Assembly: GCA_963805625.1 (NCBI GenBank) | Contig: CAWDVE010000017.1 | Location: 64,001-128,000, forward strand | Reading direction: 5' to 3' | Length of the DNA: 64,000 nt | Origin: an uncultured Candidatus Rokubacteria bacterium | Lineage (GTDB): Bacteria; Methylomirabilota; Methylomirabilia; Rokubacteriales; DASRDR01 | In this document: positions 22,667 through 32,498 of the stretch, piece after piece | Position numbering within the stretch: the first letter of the stretch is position 1 | Layout: each line of letters opens with the position of its first letter | Made by a program: the position numbers and the translations under genes | The notes under the pieces: generated by a model | What the model was told of the DNA's origin: nothing | Database searches by the model: none | Seen by the model: the letters and a program-made list of their open reading frames with translations, nothing else

Positions 22667-25600
22667 GTGCTGACGGAACACTCGACCCGCGCGGGGCTCC
22701 CGCCGGCCGCCGACTTTCTCGATCCGGCGGTGCCGCCGCCGGCCTGCCTCGCGGCGCTCGGGCATCTGGGCTTCGTCGACCCGGCCGGCGCGCTCGCGAA
22801 CCTCCGCCGGCTCGCCGAGACGCCCGATCTGCGCGACCAGGCGGCGGCACTCCTGCCGCGGCTCCTCCACCACCTGGGGGCCTCGGCCGATCCCGACATG
22901 GCGCTCAACAACCTGGAGCGCCTCGCCGCGGCCGCACTCGACCGGCGCGGCTTCTATGCCCTGCTCGCCGCCCACCCGGAGGCCATCCCGATCCTGACGA
23001 CGCTCGTCGCGACGAGCCAGTTCCTGGCCGACGCGCTGATCCGCTCCCCGCAGACGGTCCCCTGGCTCCTCGATCCTGGCGTGATGCGGACACGCTCTCG
23101 CGAGGCGATGCACGCGGAGGTGGCCGGCGCCTGCCGTCCGTTCCGGACCGACGAGGCACGGCTCAACGCGCTCCGGCGGGTGAAGCGCCGCGAGCTGTGC
23201 CGGATCGGCCTCCGGGACCTGCTCGGGGACGCGGATCTCGTGACGACCACCCAGGAGCTGTCGGAGCTGGCCGACGCGTGTCTGGCGCAGGCCCGGGCGA
23301 TGGTGGAGCCGGCTCTCCACGCGCGCTACGGGCGGCCGGCGCACGTCGCCCCGGACGGCCAGCGGATGCCTACCGGGTTCGCGGTGATCGCGCTCGGCAA
23401 GCACGGGGGCGCCGAGCTCAACTACTCGTCCGACATCGACCTCTGCTTCGTCTACGAGGACGAGGGCGAGACGGACGGGCCGGAGGTCGTGTCGAGCCGG
23501 GCGTACTTCGCGCGCCTGGCCGAGCATCTGGTGGGGGCGCTGACCGCGATGACGGAGGAGGGCACGGCCTACCGGGTCGACCTCCGGCTCCGGCCCGAGG
23601 GGACCGGCGGCCCGCTTGCCCTCCCGCTCGCCGCCTACCGCTCCTACCATGCGGCGCGCGGGGCCCTCTGGGAGCGCCAGGCGCTGATCAAGGCACGGAT
23701 GGCCACCGGGGACGAGCGGGTAGGGCAGGCGTTTCTCGATCTGGCGCGCGAGATCGTCTACCGACCCGGGCTCGAGCGCGAGGCGCTCGGAGAGATCCGG
23801 GCGATGAAGAACCGGATCGATCGGCGGCTGCGCGCGCGGGGGCAGCAGGAGCGGCATGTCAAGCTCGGCGTGGGCGGGATCCGCGATATCGAGTTCCACA
23901 TCCAGGCCCTCCAGCTCCTCTACGGCGGGCAGGATCCCTGGCTCCGCGAGCGCAACAGCTTGCGGGCCCTCCACCGGCTCGCCGAGCGCGGCTACCTGTC
24001 CTGGGAGGAGTCGGGGCGGCTCACGCACGGCTACGTCTTCCTGCGGACGATCGAGCACCGCCTCCAGATCCTCCACGCGCTCCAGACACACACGCTGCCT
24101 GCCGATCCGAACGAGCTCGCGAAGCTGGCGCGGCGCCTCGGCTACACGGGGGACCGGGAGGTCGTCGCGCGCACGTTCCTCCTCGACTACGACCGGACGC
24201 GCCGGACGGCCCGCACCGCGTTCGAGGGATTCTTCGACGCTCCTGGGCGGGAGGTGCCGGAGGCGCCGCCGTGGGACGCGGCGGCCGTCGCCGCGGTCGG
24301 CTTCGCCGATCCCGAGCGCGCGCGTCAGAACCTCCGTCTCCTGTGGGAAGGGCCGGCGCTGGTGGCGGTTCCTGCGGCTGTCCGGACCGCGCTGCGCACG
24401 CTGCTCCCCGCCACGCTCGCCGCGCTCGGGGCGGTGCCGGATCCGGACGCGGCCCTCGATGCGCTTGAGCGCTTCGTCGCCACCGCGGGGCCGCGAACGG
24501 CCTACCTCGCCCGGCTGGCCTCGACCCCGGCGCTGCTCGGCGGGATGCTCACGTTCTTCACGCGGTCGGAGCGGCTCGCGCAGACGCTGATCTCGCGGCC
24601 GGAGCTGCTCGACGCGCTGGGCCCGGCGGCCGGGACCCGGCCCCGGTCCGCGCGCCTGCTCCGGGCGGCGTTCCGCGAGTTCGCCGCCCCGGGGGCGGAC
24701 GCCGCCGACCGGCTCCGGCTCTTCAAGCAGCGGGAGGAACTCGAGATCGCCTGGCGCGACCTCGTCCTCGGCGAGCGGCCAACCCGGGTCGCATGGGCGC
24801 TCGGCGAACTGGCCGAGGCGAGCGTCGCCATCGCCTGGGAGCTGGCCGTCGCCGAGGCTCGAGCCGCCCGGGGCGAGCCCCTGGTCGACGGACGACCCGT
24901 GCCGGCGCTGGTCGTCGGCATGGGCAAGCTCGGGGGCCGTGAGCTCGACTACGGATCCGACCTCGACCTGGTCGTCCTCTATGACGGGCAGCGTGAGACC
25001 GGCCCGGAGGCACACGTCTACTTCGACCGGGTGGTCGACCGCCTCTACACCATCCTGACCGCGATCACGCGGACGGGCCAGGTGTTCCGCGTGGACCTCC
25101 GCCTCCGCCAGGGCGGCAAGGCCACGGCGCTCGCTCACTCCCTGGAGACTCTCGACCGCTACCTCCAGGAGGAGGCGGCCCTCTGGGAGCGCCAGGCGCT
25201 CGTGCGCGCCCGGCCGATCCTCGGCGACCCGCCGCTCGCCCGGCGCTTCATGACGCTCCGCCGCATACGGGTCTTCGGCCCCGGGCTCTCGGAGCAAGAG
25301 CGCGCGGAGATCCACCACGTCCGGATGCGCATGGAGCGGGAGCTCGGGCGGGAGGGGCCTGGGCGCATCCACCTCAAGTTCGGCGCCGGTGGGCTCGTGG
25401 ACGTCGAGTTCCTGGTCCAGGTCCTCCAGCTGACCCACGGTGCGCGTCACGGGACGCTCAGGACACCGTCGACGCGCCTCGCCCTCGCGCGTCTCGGCGC
25501 GCTCGGACTGCTGCCGGATGCCGCCGCCCGCGGGCTCCTGGAAGCCTACGAGTTCCTTCGCCGGCTCCTCCGGTCGCTGCGCCTCGGCCAGGTGCGGCCG

Positions 25601-25750
25601 GCCGACTGTCTCCCGACGACGGGCCACGTGCTCGCGCGGCTCGCGCGGGAGGCGGGCCAGGATGGCGGCCGGGCGCTCCTCGCGCGGCACCGCGAGGTGG
25701 CGGAGTTCGTACGGGCGGAGTATTTTCGGGTCGTGGGAGGGGACGCGTGA
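22667..25750 (+). CDS. glnE: Bifunctional glutamine synthetase adenylyltransferase/adenylyl-removing enzyme
   Basis: Two NTase motifs ALGKHGGAELNYSSDIDL and GMGKLGGRELDYGSDLDL, two RVDLRLR, two WERQAL; start approximate. Confidence 0.93.
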   Translation: MLTEHSTRAGLPPAADFLDPAVPPPACLAALGHLGFVDPAGALANLRRLAETPDLRDQAAALLPRLLHHLGASADPDMALNNLERLAAAALDRRGFYALLAAHPEAIPILTTLVATSQFLADALIRSPQTVPWLLDPGVMRTRSREAMHAEVAGACRPFRTDEARLNALRRVKRRELCRIGLRDLLGDADLVTTTQELSELADACLAQARAMVEPALHARYGRPAHVAPDGQRMPTGFAVIALGKHGGAELNYSSDIDLCFVYEDEGETDGPEVVSSRAYFARLAEHLVGALTAMTEEGTAYRVDLRLRPEGTGGPLALPLAAYRSYHAARGALWERQALIKARMATGDERVGQAFLDLAREIVYRPGLEREALGEIRAMKNRIDRRLRARGQQERHVKLGVGGIRDIEFHIQALQLLYGGQDPWLRERNSLRALHRLAERGYLSWEESGRLTHGYVFLRTIEHRLQILHALQTHTLPADPNELAKLARRLGYTGDREVVARTFLLDYDRTRRTARTAFEGFFDAPGREVPEAPPWDAAAVAAVGFADPERARQNLRLLWEGPALVAVPAAVRTALRTLLPATLAALGAVPDPDAALDALERFVATAGPRTAYLARLASTPALLGGMLTFFTRSERLAQTLISRPELLDALGPAAGTRPRSARLLRAAFREFAAPGADAADRLRLFKQREELEIAWRDLVLGERPTRVAWALGELAEASVAIAWELAVAEARAARGEPLVDGRPVPALVVGMGKLGGRELDYGSDLDLVVLYDGQRETGPEAHVYFDRVVDRLYTILTAITRTGQVFRVDLRLRQGGKATALAHSLETLDRYLQEEAALWERQALVRARPILGDPPLARRFMTLRRIRVFGPGLSEQERAEIHHVRMRMERELGREGPGRIHLKFGAGGLVDVEFLVQVLQLTHGARHGTLRTPSTRLALARLGALGLLPDAAARGLLEAYEFLRRLLRSLRLGQVRPADCLPTTGHVLARLAREAGQDGGRALLARHREVAEFVRAEYFRVVGGDA

Positions 25751-25755
25751 GTCCG

Positions 25756-25793
25756 CAGGCCGAAGGCCGTCCACCTCAGGCCGAAGGCTGTCC
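25756..25793 (+). repeat. Short direct repeat in the glnE-polA spacer
   Basis: caggccgaaggccgtcc / caggccgaaggctgtcc. Confidence 0.6.
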
Positions 25794-25808
25794 GACAAGG
25801 CTGGCCCA

Positions 25809-28418
25809 GTGAGCGAGTCGGGGTCGGAGCGCTTCTACCTCGTGGACGGCCCGTCGTACCTCTATCGCGCCTATCATGCCATCGGCCATCTCTCGACGTC
25901 GCGCGGCCTGCCGACCAACGCGACGCTCGGGATGACCATGATGCTTTGGAAGCTTCTCCGCGAGGACCGGCCGACCTACATGGGGATCGCCTGGGACGCG
26001 CCGGGCCCCACCTTCCGGCACCAGCAGTTCGAGGCCTACAAGCTCCAGCGCCCCGGAATGCCGAAGGACCTGGTCGAGCAGATCCCGTGGGTCCGCCGGT
26101 CGCTGGAGGCGATGGGTCTCCCGCTGCTCGAGGTGCCGGGGTACGAGGCGGACGACATCCTGGCGACCGCCGCCCGCCGGCTCCGCGACACGTCGATCGA
26201 CCTGGTGCTGGTCACGGCCGACAAGGACGCCCTTCAGCTCGTCGACCCGCGCGTCACGGTGCTTTCGGTCCTCGGCCGCACCGGGGAGCGCGTCCTCTAC
26301 GATTCCGCGAAGGTCGAGGAGCGCTGGGGCGTCCCGCCGGCGCGCATCCCCGACATCCTCGCGCTGATGGGCGACTCGATCGACAACATCCCGGGGGTGC
26401 CCGGGGTGGGGGAGGTGACGGCGCAGAAGCTCCTGCGGGAGTTCGGGAGCCTGGAGGCGCTCTACGCAAATCTCGCGGTCGTCACCGGACCGAAGCTCCG
26501 CGAGGCGCTGGCGCGTCACCGCGACCAGGCCTTCCTCTCGCGCCAGCTGGCGGTCCTCGAGGGGACGCTCCCCATCGAGCTCGACCTGGAGAGCTTCCGG
26601 GTCCGGGAGCCCGAGTGGGAGCGCCTGCGCGCGCTCTGGACCGAGCTCGAGTTCTCCGCGCTCCTCCGGCAGATCCCGGCGCGCGCCGTGGCCCTGCCCG
26701 CCGAGACCGTGCCGGTGGTCGACCGGGCGGGGTGGCGCGACTTCCTCGCCCGCGCCGGCGGGCGCCTTGCGGTCGAGCCCGTTCTCGGGGGGAGCGCGCC
26801 CGAGTTCACCCTCCACGGGGTGGCGGCGTACGCGCCGGCGGCCGGCGCGCGCTACCATGTGGGCTGGCCGGAGATCCCCGCCGAGGTGAGGCTGGTGGGG
26901 CACGACACGAAGGCCCTCGTCGGCTGGGCGCGGGGCGCGGAGGTCGCCCTGGGCGCGGGGGGGGTCGACGACACGGCCGTGGCGGCGTATCTCCTCAACT
27001 CCGGCCGGAGCGGGTACCCGCTCGACCAGCTGGCGGCCGAGGCGGGGGGACCCGCCGTGCCTGGCGCACTCGAGATGCTCCTCGCCGGCGCGCCGGTGAG
27101 CGACGCGGATCCGGCGCGGCTCGCTGCGTGGACCGGCGCCCGGGCGGAGGGCGTGTGGCGGCTCGCCGAGTCCCAGGCGCCGTTGCTCCGCGAGCACGGG
27201 CTGGCGCACCTCTACGAGACGCTCGAGGTGCCGCTCGTCCCCATCCTCGCCGACATGGAGCGGCTCGGGATCCGGGCCGATCCCGAGCGCCTGGGTCAGC
27301 TGGCGAAGGAGCTCGACACTCAGCTCGATGCGCTCCTGCGGGAGATCCATCAGCTCGCCGGCGAGGCGGTCAACCCGAACTCGCCGAAACAGCTGGCGGT
27401 CGTGCTCTTCGAGAAGCTGAAGCTGCCGCCGCTCAAACGCACGAAGACCGGCTACTCCACCGACGTGGACGTGCTGGAGGAGCTGGCGCTCGGGCACGCG
27501 CTCCCGGGGAAGATCCTGGAGTACCGCCAGCTCGCCAAGCTCAAGGGCACGTACGCGGACGCGCTCCCGGCGCTCATCCATCCGCGGACGGGGCGCATCC
27601 ACACCTCGTTCAACCAGCTGGTCGCTGCGACGGGGCGGCTGTCGTCGTCGAACCCGAATCTCCAGAACATCCCGATCCGTACCGAGCTCGGCCGGCGCAT
27701 CCGCCAGGCGTTCATCCCGGAGGACGGGTGGCGCTTCGTGGCCGCCGACTACTCGCAGATCGAGCTGCGGATCCTCGCGCACTTCTCGGAGGAGCCGGCC
27801 CTGGTCGAGGCGTTCCGCCGGGGGGAGGACATCCACACGCGCACCGCCGCGCAGATCATGGGCGCGGCGCCCGAAGCGGTCACGTCGGAGATGCGGCGCC
27901 TGGCCAAGGTGGTCAACTTCGGGATCCTCTACGGTCTCTCCGGATTCGGGCTCTCGCAGGCCGTGTCGATCGGCCGGGCCGAGGCCCAGCGCTTCATCGA
28001 CGACTACTTCGCGACGCACCCGCGCGTGCGGGCCTACATCGACCGCGTGGTGGCCGAGGGCCGGGTGCAGGGGTACGTCACGACCCTTCTCGGGCGGCGC
28101 CGCTACCTGCCGGAGCTTGGCGCGCGGAATCCGGTGGCCCGGAACGCCGCCGAGCGGATGGCCGCCAACGCGCCGATCCAGGGCACTGCGTCCGACATCA
28201 TCAAGCTCGCGATGGTGCGCCTCGCGGCAGCGCTCGCCGCGCGGGGACTCCGCAGCCGGATGCTGCTCCAGGTCCACGACGAGCTCCTCCTGGAGGTCCC
28301 GGACGCCGAGACGGCGGCCGTGCGGGAGCTCCTGCCTGAGATCATGGAGGCCATCGTGGCGTTGGCCGTGCCCCTGCGGGTCGATGTCAAGGAGGGCCGC
28401 GACTGGGCGGAGGTCTAG
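25809..28418 (+). CDS. polA: DNA polymerase I
   Basis: LVDGPSYLYRAYHA, GYEADD, GDSIDNIPGVPG, ADYSQIELRILAH, AKVVNFGILYG, LQVHDEL. Confidence 0.97.
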   Translation: MSESGSERFYLVDGPSYLYRAYHAIGHLSTSRGLPTNATLGMTMMLWKLLREDRPTYMGIAWDAPGPTFRHQQFEAYKLQRPGMPKDLVEQIPWVRRSLEAMGLPLLEVPGYEADDILATAARRLRDTSIDLVLVTADKDALQLVDPRVTVLSVLGRTGERVLYDSAKVEERWGVPPARIPDILALMGDSIDNIPGVPGVGEVTAQKLLREFGSLEALYANLAVVTGPKLREALARHRDQAFLSRQLAVLEGTLPIELDLESFRVREPEWERLRALWTELEFSALLRQIPARAVALPAETVPVVDRAGWRDFLARAGGRLAVEPVLGGSAPEFTLHGVAAYAPAAGARYHVGWPEIPAEVRLVGHDTKALVGWARGAEVALGAGGVDDTAVAAYLLNSGRSGYPLDQLAAEAGGPAVPGALEMLLAGAPVSDADPARLAAWTGARAEGVWRLAESQAPLLREHGLAHLYETLEVPLVPILADMERLGIRADPERLGQLAKELDTQLDALLREIHQLAGEAVNPNSPKQLAVVLFEKLKLPPLKRTKTGYSTDVDVLEELALGHALPGKILEYRQLAKLKGTYADALPALIHPRTGRIHTSFNQLVAATGRLSSSNPNLQNIPIRTELGRRIRQAFIPEDGWRFVAADYSQIELRILAHFSEEPALVEAFRRGEDIHTRTAAQIMGAAPEAVTSEMRRLAKVVNFGILYGLSGFGLSQAVSIGRAEAQRFIDDYFATHPRVRAYIDRVVAEGRVQGYVTTLLGRRRYLPELGARNPVARNAAERMAANAPIQGTASDIIKLAMVRLAAALAARGLRSRMLLQVHDELLLEVPDAETAAVRELLPEIMEAIVALAVPLRVDVKEGRDWAEV

Positions 28419-28461
28419 TCCCAGGGCAAGGCGGGATCGAGCCCCCGCCTGCGCCGACCGG

Positions 28462-29697
28462 TCAGATCGCGCCGCGCGCCTTGAGCAGGGCCACGTCGAA
28501 ACCGAGGAGATCGCCCCAGATCGCGTCGTTGTCGCTGCCTACGAGCGGGGCCGGCGTCGCATAGCCGGCCTGCGTCGCGCCGAACTTCAGCGGAAAGCCG
28601 GGCGCCACCACCTCCGGCCGGGGCCCCAGGGTCGGGTGGCGGAGCGGCTCCAGCATGCCGCGCGCCACGAGCTGCGGCCACGCTTTCAGGCCGTCGATAT
28701 CGTGAATCGGGCCGCAGGCCAGCTCTTCGGCGCGCAGGCGGGCGGTCGCCTGCGCCGTCCGGCGCTCCCGTGTCCATGCCGCGACGACGGCATCAACGCG
28801 GTCATTGTTCGCGAGCCGCCACTCGCGAGTCATGAAGTTCGCGTCGCCTTTCAAGTCGGCGCGGTCGATCGCGTCGAGCAGGCGTGACCATTCGGTGTCG
28901 CTGGCGGTGCCGATGGCGATCCACCCGTCCGCCGTGGGATAGACGTTGAACGGGGAGACACGTGGGATGCGGTTGCCTTGGCGTGTCGGCCAGCCCAGCG
29001 TCTGCCACACATCGAGCGACTCGTCCAGCACGAGTGCGAGCAGACAGTCGACCATGCTGACGTCGACGTGCTGCCCCTCTCCGCTCCGAAACCGGTGCAG
29101 CAGTGCCGCCAGGATCCCGGCGAAGGCGAAGGTCCCCGCGACCGTGTCGGCCAGCGGCGAGCCGGCCTTCATCGGCGGTCCCTCGGGGTCGCCCGTGATG
29201 CTCATCAACCCCGCCGCCGCCTGCGCCATCGTGTCGTAGGCCTTCACCGCTGCATCCGGGCCGGTCTGGCCGTAGCCGCTGATCGAGCAGTAGACGATAT
29301 CGGGCTTCACGGCCCTGCAGGCCGCGTAGTCGACGCCGAGCTGGGCCGCCGTTCCGACGCTCCAGTTCTCGACCACCACATCGGCCTTGCGCACGAGCGC
29401 CAGGAACAGCGCCGAACCCTCGAGGTGCTTCAGGTTCAGCGTGATCGCCCGCTTGCCCCGGGCGCGTTTCAGGTAGGGCACGCCGAGGTCCTGCGGTGTC
29501 CGCCGGCGGAGCGACAAGCCTTCCGAGCCCAGATACGGCGGGCTGTCGGCGGTCACGTCGCCGGTCGCCGGGTTGTCGACGTGGATCACCTCGGCGCCGA
29601 GCCCGGCGAGGAACAAGGTCGCCTGCGGCCCCGACAAGTACTGCGTGAGGTCCACCACGCGGATGCCCGAGAGGATCCCCGACATGCCGCGTCTCAC
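28462..29697 (-). CDS. Family III CoA-transferase (CaiB/BaiF)
   Basis: LSGIRVVDLTQYLSGP, ADVVVEN, YCSISGYGQTGP, GLMSITG, SPLADTVAG (catalytic Asp); GTG overlaps the upstream stop. Confidence 0.93.
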   Translation of the reverse strand: MRRGMSGILSGIRVVDLTQYLSGPQATLFLAGLGAEVIHVDNPATGDVTADSPPYLGSEGLSLRRRTPQDLGVPYLKRARGKRAITLNLKHLEGSALFLALVRKADVVVENWSVGTAAQLGVDYAACRAVKPDIVYCSISGYGQTGPDAAVKAYDTMAQAAAGLMSITGDPEGPPMKAGSPLADTVAGTFAFAGILAALLHRFRSGEGQHVDVSMVDCLLALVLDESLDVWQTLGWPTRQGNRIPRVSPFNVYPTADGWIAIGTASDTEWSRLLDAIDRADLKGDANFMTREWRLANNDRVDAVVAAWTRERRTAQATARLRAEELACGPIHDIDGLKAWPQLVARGMLEPLRHPTLGPRPEVVAPGFPLKFGATQAGYATPAPLVGSDNDAIWGDLLGFDVALLKARGAI

Positions 29698-30254
29698 GTG
29701 TGGCTGAAACGGCCGAGCCAGATGTTGATCGCCTGCGTCGCGGCGTCCACCGCTCGCATCTCGATCTCCGCGTCGGTCAAGGTGCTGAGCGGGTGCTGGA
29801 TCACCGCCGGCGCCAGGGCTCCCATCCCCAGGGCCGTGCGCTGCACCTCAGCCTCGTGCAGGAACTCGGTGGTCACCACCACCGCGGTCGGCCGATTCAG
29901 GGTCTCCAGGCGGACGCCGTCGTGCATACAGCACGATGTGCAGGACCCTCAATCGCCGATGGCGGTCAAGACGATGTCGTTGCCCGCGGCGATGTCGTCG
30001 ATGAGCTCGGGCGCCGCCGCCCTCGAGAAGCTCTCCTTGCGGTAGTAGGTCACTGCGCCGAAGGGATGCACGGCGACGAGCTTCTCTGTCACTTTGCGCA
30101 ACAGCTTGCCCGCGTTCCATTTCGTGTTGTCGAGCACGGCGAGGCGGAGGCCATCGAGTCGCTCGACACGCGGCGCGATCGGCTGCGGTGTCGCCGCCAC
30201 GGCGCCGCGCGGGTCGTAGACCGGCAGGCCCTGATTCGGAACCATGTGGTCCAT
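29694..30254 (-). CDS. UGSC-family selenoprotein (186 aa, Sec at TGA 29949-29951)
   Basis: ORFs 29949..30254 and 29694..29927 share a frame and join across one TGA: AIGD-U-GSCTSCCMHD; GAGGAGG RBS; SECIS-like hairpin follows. Confidence 0.88.
29920..29936 (-). promoter_or_regulatory. Candidate bacterial SECIS element
   Basis: TCGTGC-TGTAT-GCACGA hairpin; the GU-containing loop starts 18 nt after the UGA. Confidence 0.65.
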
Positions 30255-30273
30255 GCGTCATGCCTCCTCGAGG

Positions 30274-31359
30274 TCAGAGGTAGCAGGATCCATCGACACA
30301 GATCGGCCCCTTGACCGGCGTCGCCCCGTCGATGCCGCGGAGCACGGGACTGCTCATGTGGCCCCAGCCGGGGATGAAGGCGGAGAAGCGTCCCGCCTCG
30401 CCGCCCGCGACGAACAGATGGATGTGGTCGGGGCTCGGCACGATCGGGATATGCGAGTCGAGCTCGCGCTTGTACCAGACCGGGAGGTTGCGGTTGTACA
30501 CCTTGCCGTAGCGATGCTCGAACGCGAGCGCGCCGAACCGGTTGCCGGCGTTCGTCCAGAGATAATTGCGGATATCCGCGCGCCGCCAGCCGTGCGCAGC
30601 GATGGTGCGCGCGTGCTCGAGACCCAGCACGACCGCGCAGTGGCCAGACGACACCGCGTTGTTGTGGGCGATGGTGGACATTGCGGATACGATCGAATCG
30701 AGAATGCCCTGCGGATCGTTGGCGACGTGGTTGGTCACGCTGTGTGGTGGCTCGGCGGCGAGCACGAAGACGGTCGAGTCGCGCTCATCGAAACCCTTGT
30801 CGACGTGGTAGGGCGCGAATGGGCTCTGCGCCTCGTTCTCAGCGATGCAGTACGTGTATTTCCCGGGATGGCCGAGCGTCGCCTTGTCGAGATCTCCGGG
30901 CCAGGCGCCGCCGACATTGAGCAGGATCAGCCGGATCGCCCGGCCGATCGTGGCGTTTGCCCGGTTGCCGGAGCCGAAGCAGTTGCAGCCGGCGTTCATG
31001 CCGATCTCGCTCCCGAGCGGCCCGTTCACCACGAGCAGCGGTGCCGCCATGTGCGTCGTTGCCTGCACCCCGTTCAGGTTGAATGCCGCAGTGGTGAGCG
31101 CCAGCATCGCCGACCGCACGACGGGTGCGTAGGCCGGCTTGCAGCCGGCCATCACCAGGTTGATCGCCAGCACCTGCCGCGTCAGGTTGCCCCAGCGCGG
31201 CGGGACCCGGCACTCGACCAGGTCCGGCTCGCCGCCGAGCGACCGGAGCATCGCGACGATCTTTTCCGGTGTTGGCGGCGCGACCGGCAGGCCGTCCGAG
31301 AAGCCCTGCTCGTAGTACCACTCGACGAGGTCGACTGATGGATCGACGAGGGTGTCCAT
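30274..31359 (-). CDS. Uncharacterised UGSC-associated protein (DGLP..PPT family) with C-terminal CxxxxC
   Basis: GFSDGLPVAPPT, AINLVMAGC, GNRANATIGRA, HPGKYTYCIAENE; ends PICVDGSCYL. Confidence 0.8.
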   Translation of the reverse strand: MDTLVDPSVDLVEWYYEQGFSDGLPVAPPTPEKIVAMLRSLGGEPDLVECRVPPRWGNLTRQVLAINLVMAGCKPAYAPVVRSAMLALTTAAFNLNGVQATTHMAAPLLVVNGPLGSEIGMNAGCNCFGSGNRANATIGRAIRLILLNVGGAWPGDLDKATLGHPGKYTYCIAENEAQSPFAPYHVDKGFDERDSTVFVLAAEPPHSVTNHVANDPQGILDSIVSAMSTIAHNNAVSSGHCAVVLGLEHARTIAAHGWRRADIRNYLWTNAGNRFGALAFEHRYGKVYNRNLPVWYKRELDSHIPIVPSPDHIHLFVAGGEAGRFSAFIPGWGHMSSPVLRGIDGATPVKGPICVDGSCYL

Positions 31360-31419
31360 GCCCTGTATGGTCCCCGGAACCCGTCGGCCATGCAATCTCT
31401 TTATTGATATGTACTGTCG

Positions 31420-31434
31420 ATGCATAATGTGCAT
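31420..31434. promoter_or_regulatory. LysR-type operator
   Basis: ATGCA-taatg-TGCAT inverted repeat (T-N11-A) in the AT-rich divergent spacer. Confidence 0.7.
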
Positions 31435-31457
31435 GGATGGTGGCGGGGAGAGACGCG

Positions 31458-32411
31458 ATGCGATCCGCGGCGGACGTCTCGTCGCGCCAGCTCCGGGTGG
31501 TCATCGCGCTCGCGCGGTTTCGCAGCTTCGTGGGGGCGGCGGCGTTCCTCGGCTTGAGCCAGCCGGCGCTGTCCCGGGCCGTCCAGCGCCTCGAGCGATC
31601 GCTCGGCGTCACGCTGTTCAGCCGCAGCACGCGCCTGGTATCGCTGACGGCGGCCGGCCGTGATTTCCTCCCGACCGCGGAGCGCCTGCTGAGCGATCTC
31701 GACCGTCACCTTGGGCGCATGCGTGAACTGGCCGGCCAGCAGCGGGGATACGTGGTCGTGGCGAGCCTCATGTCGCTCGCGTACCGCGTCCTGCCAGCCG
31801 CGACGGCGGCGTACCGCCGGCGGTTCCCCGGTATCGACCTGTATCTCCGCGAGGGGGTCCAGGACGCCATCCTCGCCGACGTGCGCGGCTCGGTCGCCGA
31901 TCTCGGGATCGGCAATGTCAATGACGTGACCGCCCCGGTCGTCGCCGAGCCGCTCGGGGACGAGGCGTGTCTTCTCGTCCTGCCACGCAGGCATCCCTTC
32001 GCCGGGCGGCGGGCCGTGTCGATCGCCGATCTCCAGGGCGAGCCCCTCATCTCGATGCCGCCCGAGTCGGGCCTGCGACGCCTGATCGACAGCGCCGCCC
32101 TGTCGGTGGGCGTGCGTCTCCACCACGCGGTTACGCTCCACCAATTCGGTACCCTGTTCAGCTTCGTGCGCTCCGGGCTGGGCGTGGCCATTGTGCCCGC
32201 CTCGGCGCTCCCGCCCCGGGGCGATCGAGCACTGTGCATTCGCCCCCTCGCCGGCCCGGCCGTCACGCGCAGGGTCGGGATCCTGACGCTCGGCGACCGT
32301 GTCCTGTCGCCGGCGGCGTCGTCCTTTCGCGAGATCTTCAGGGCGCACTACGCGGCGACGGCGCAGGGGAGATCCGGGTCCCGGACCCTTTCCCCCCCAG
32401 CGGGACGCTGA
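31458..32411 (+). CDS. LysR family transcriptional regulator
   Basis: SFVGAAAFLGLSQPALSRAVQRLERSLGVTLFSRSTR, VRSGLGVAIVP. Confidence 0.95.
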   Translation: MRSAADVSSRQLRVVIALARFRSFVGAAAFLGLSQPALSRAVQRLERSLGVTLFSRSTRLVSLTAAGRDFLPTAERLLSDLDRHLGRMRELAGQQRGYVVVASLMSLAYRVLPAATAAYRRRFPGIDLYLREGVQDAILADVRGSVADLGIGNVNDVTAPVVAEPLGDEACLLVLPRRHPFAGRRAVSIADLQGEPLISMPPESGLRRLIDSAALSVGVRLHHAVTLHQFGTLFSFVRSGLGVAIVPASALPPRGDRALCIRPLAGPAVTRRVGILTLGDRVLSPAASSFREIFRAHYAATAQGRSGSRTLSPPAGR

Positions 32412-32498
32412 GCCCCCCCGGCTGTGGGTCCGCCACGCTCCGACGTACCGGCGAACCTCGTGTACTGTGTGGCTCACGAGACTCGCTAGGGAGGCAGG

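Noticed and set aside
29949-29951. TGA as a plain nonsense mutation or a genome-wide UGA recoding
   Set aside because: Other genes here end at TGA normally; the UGSC context and hairpin favour selenocysteine
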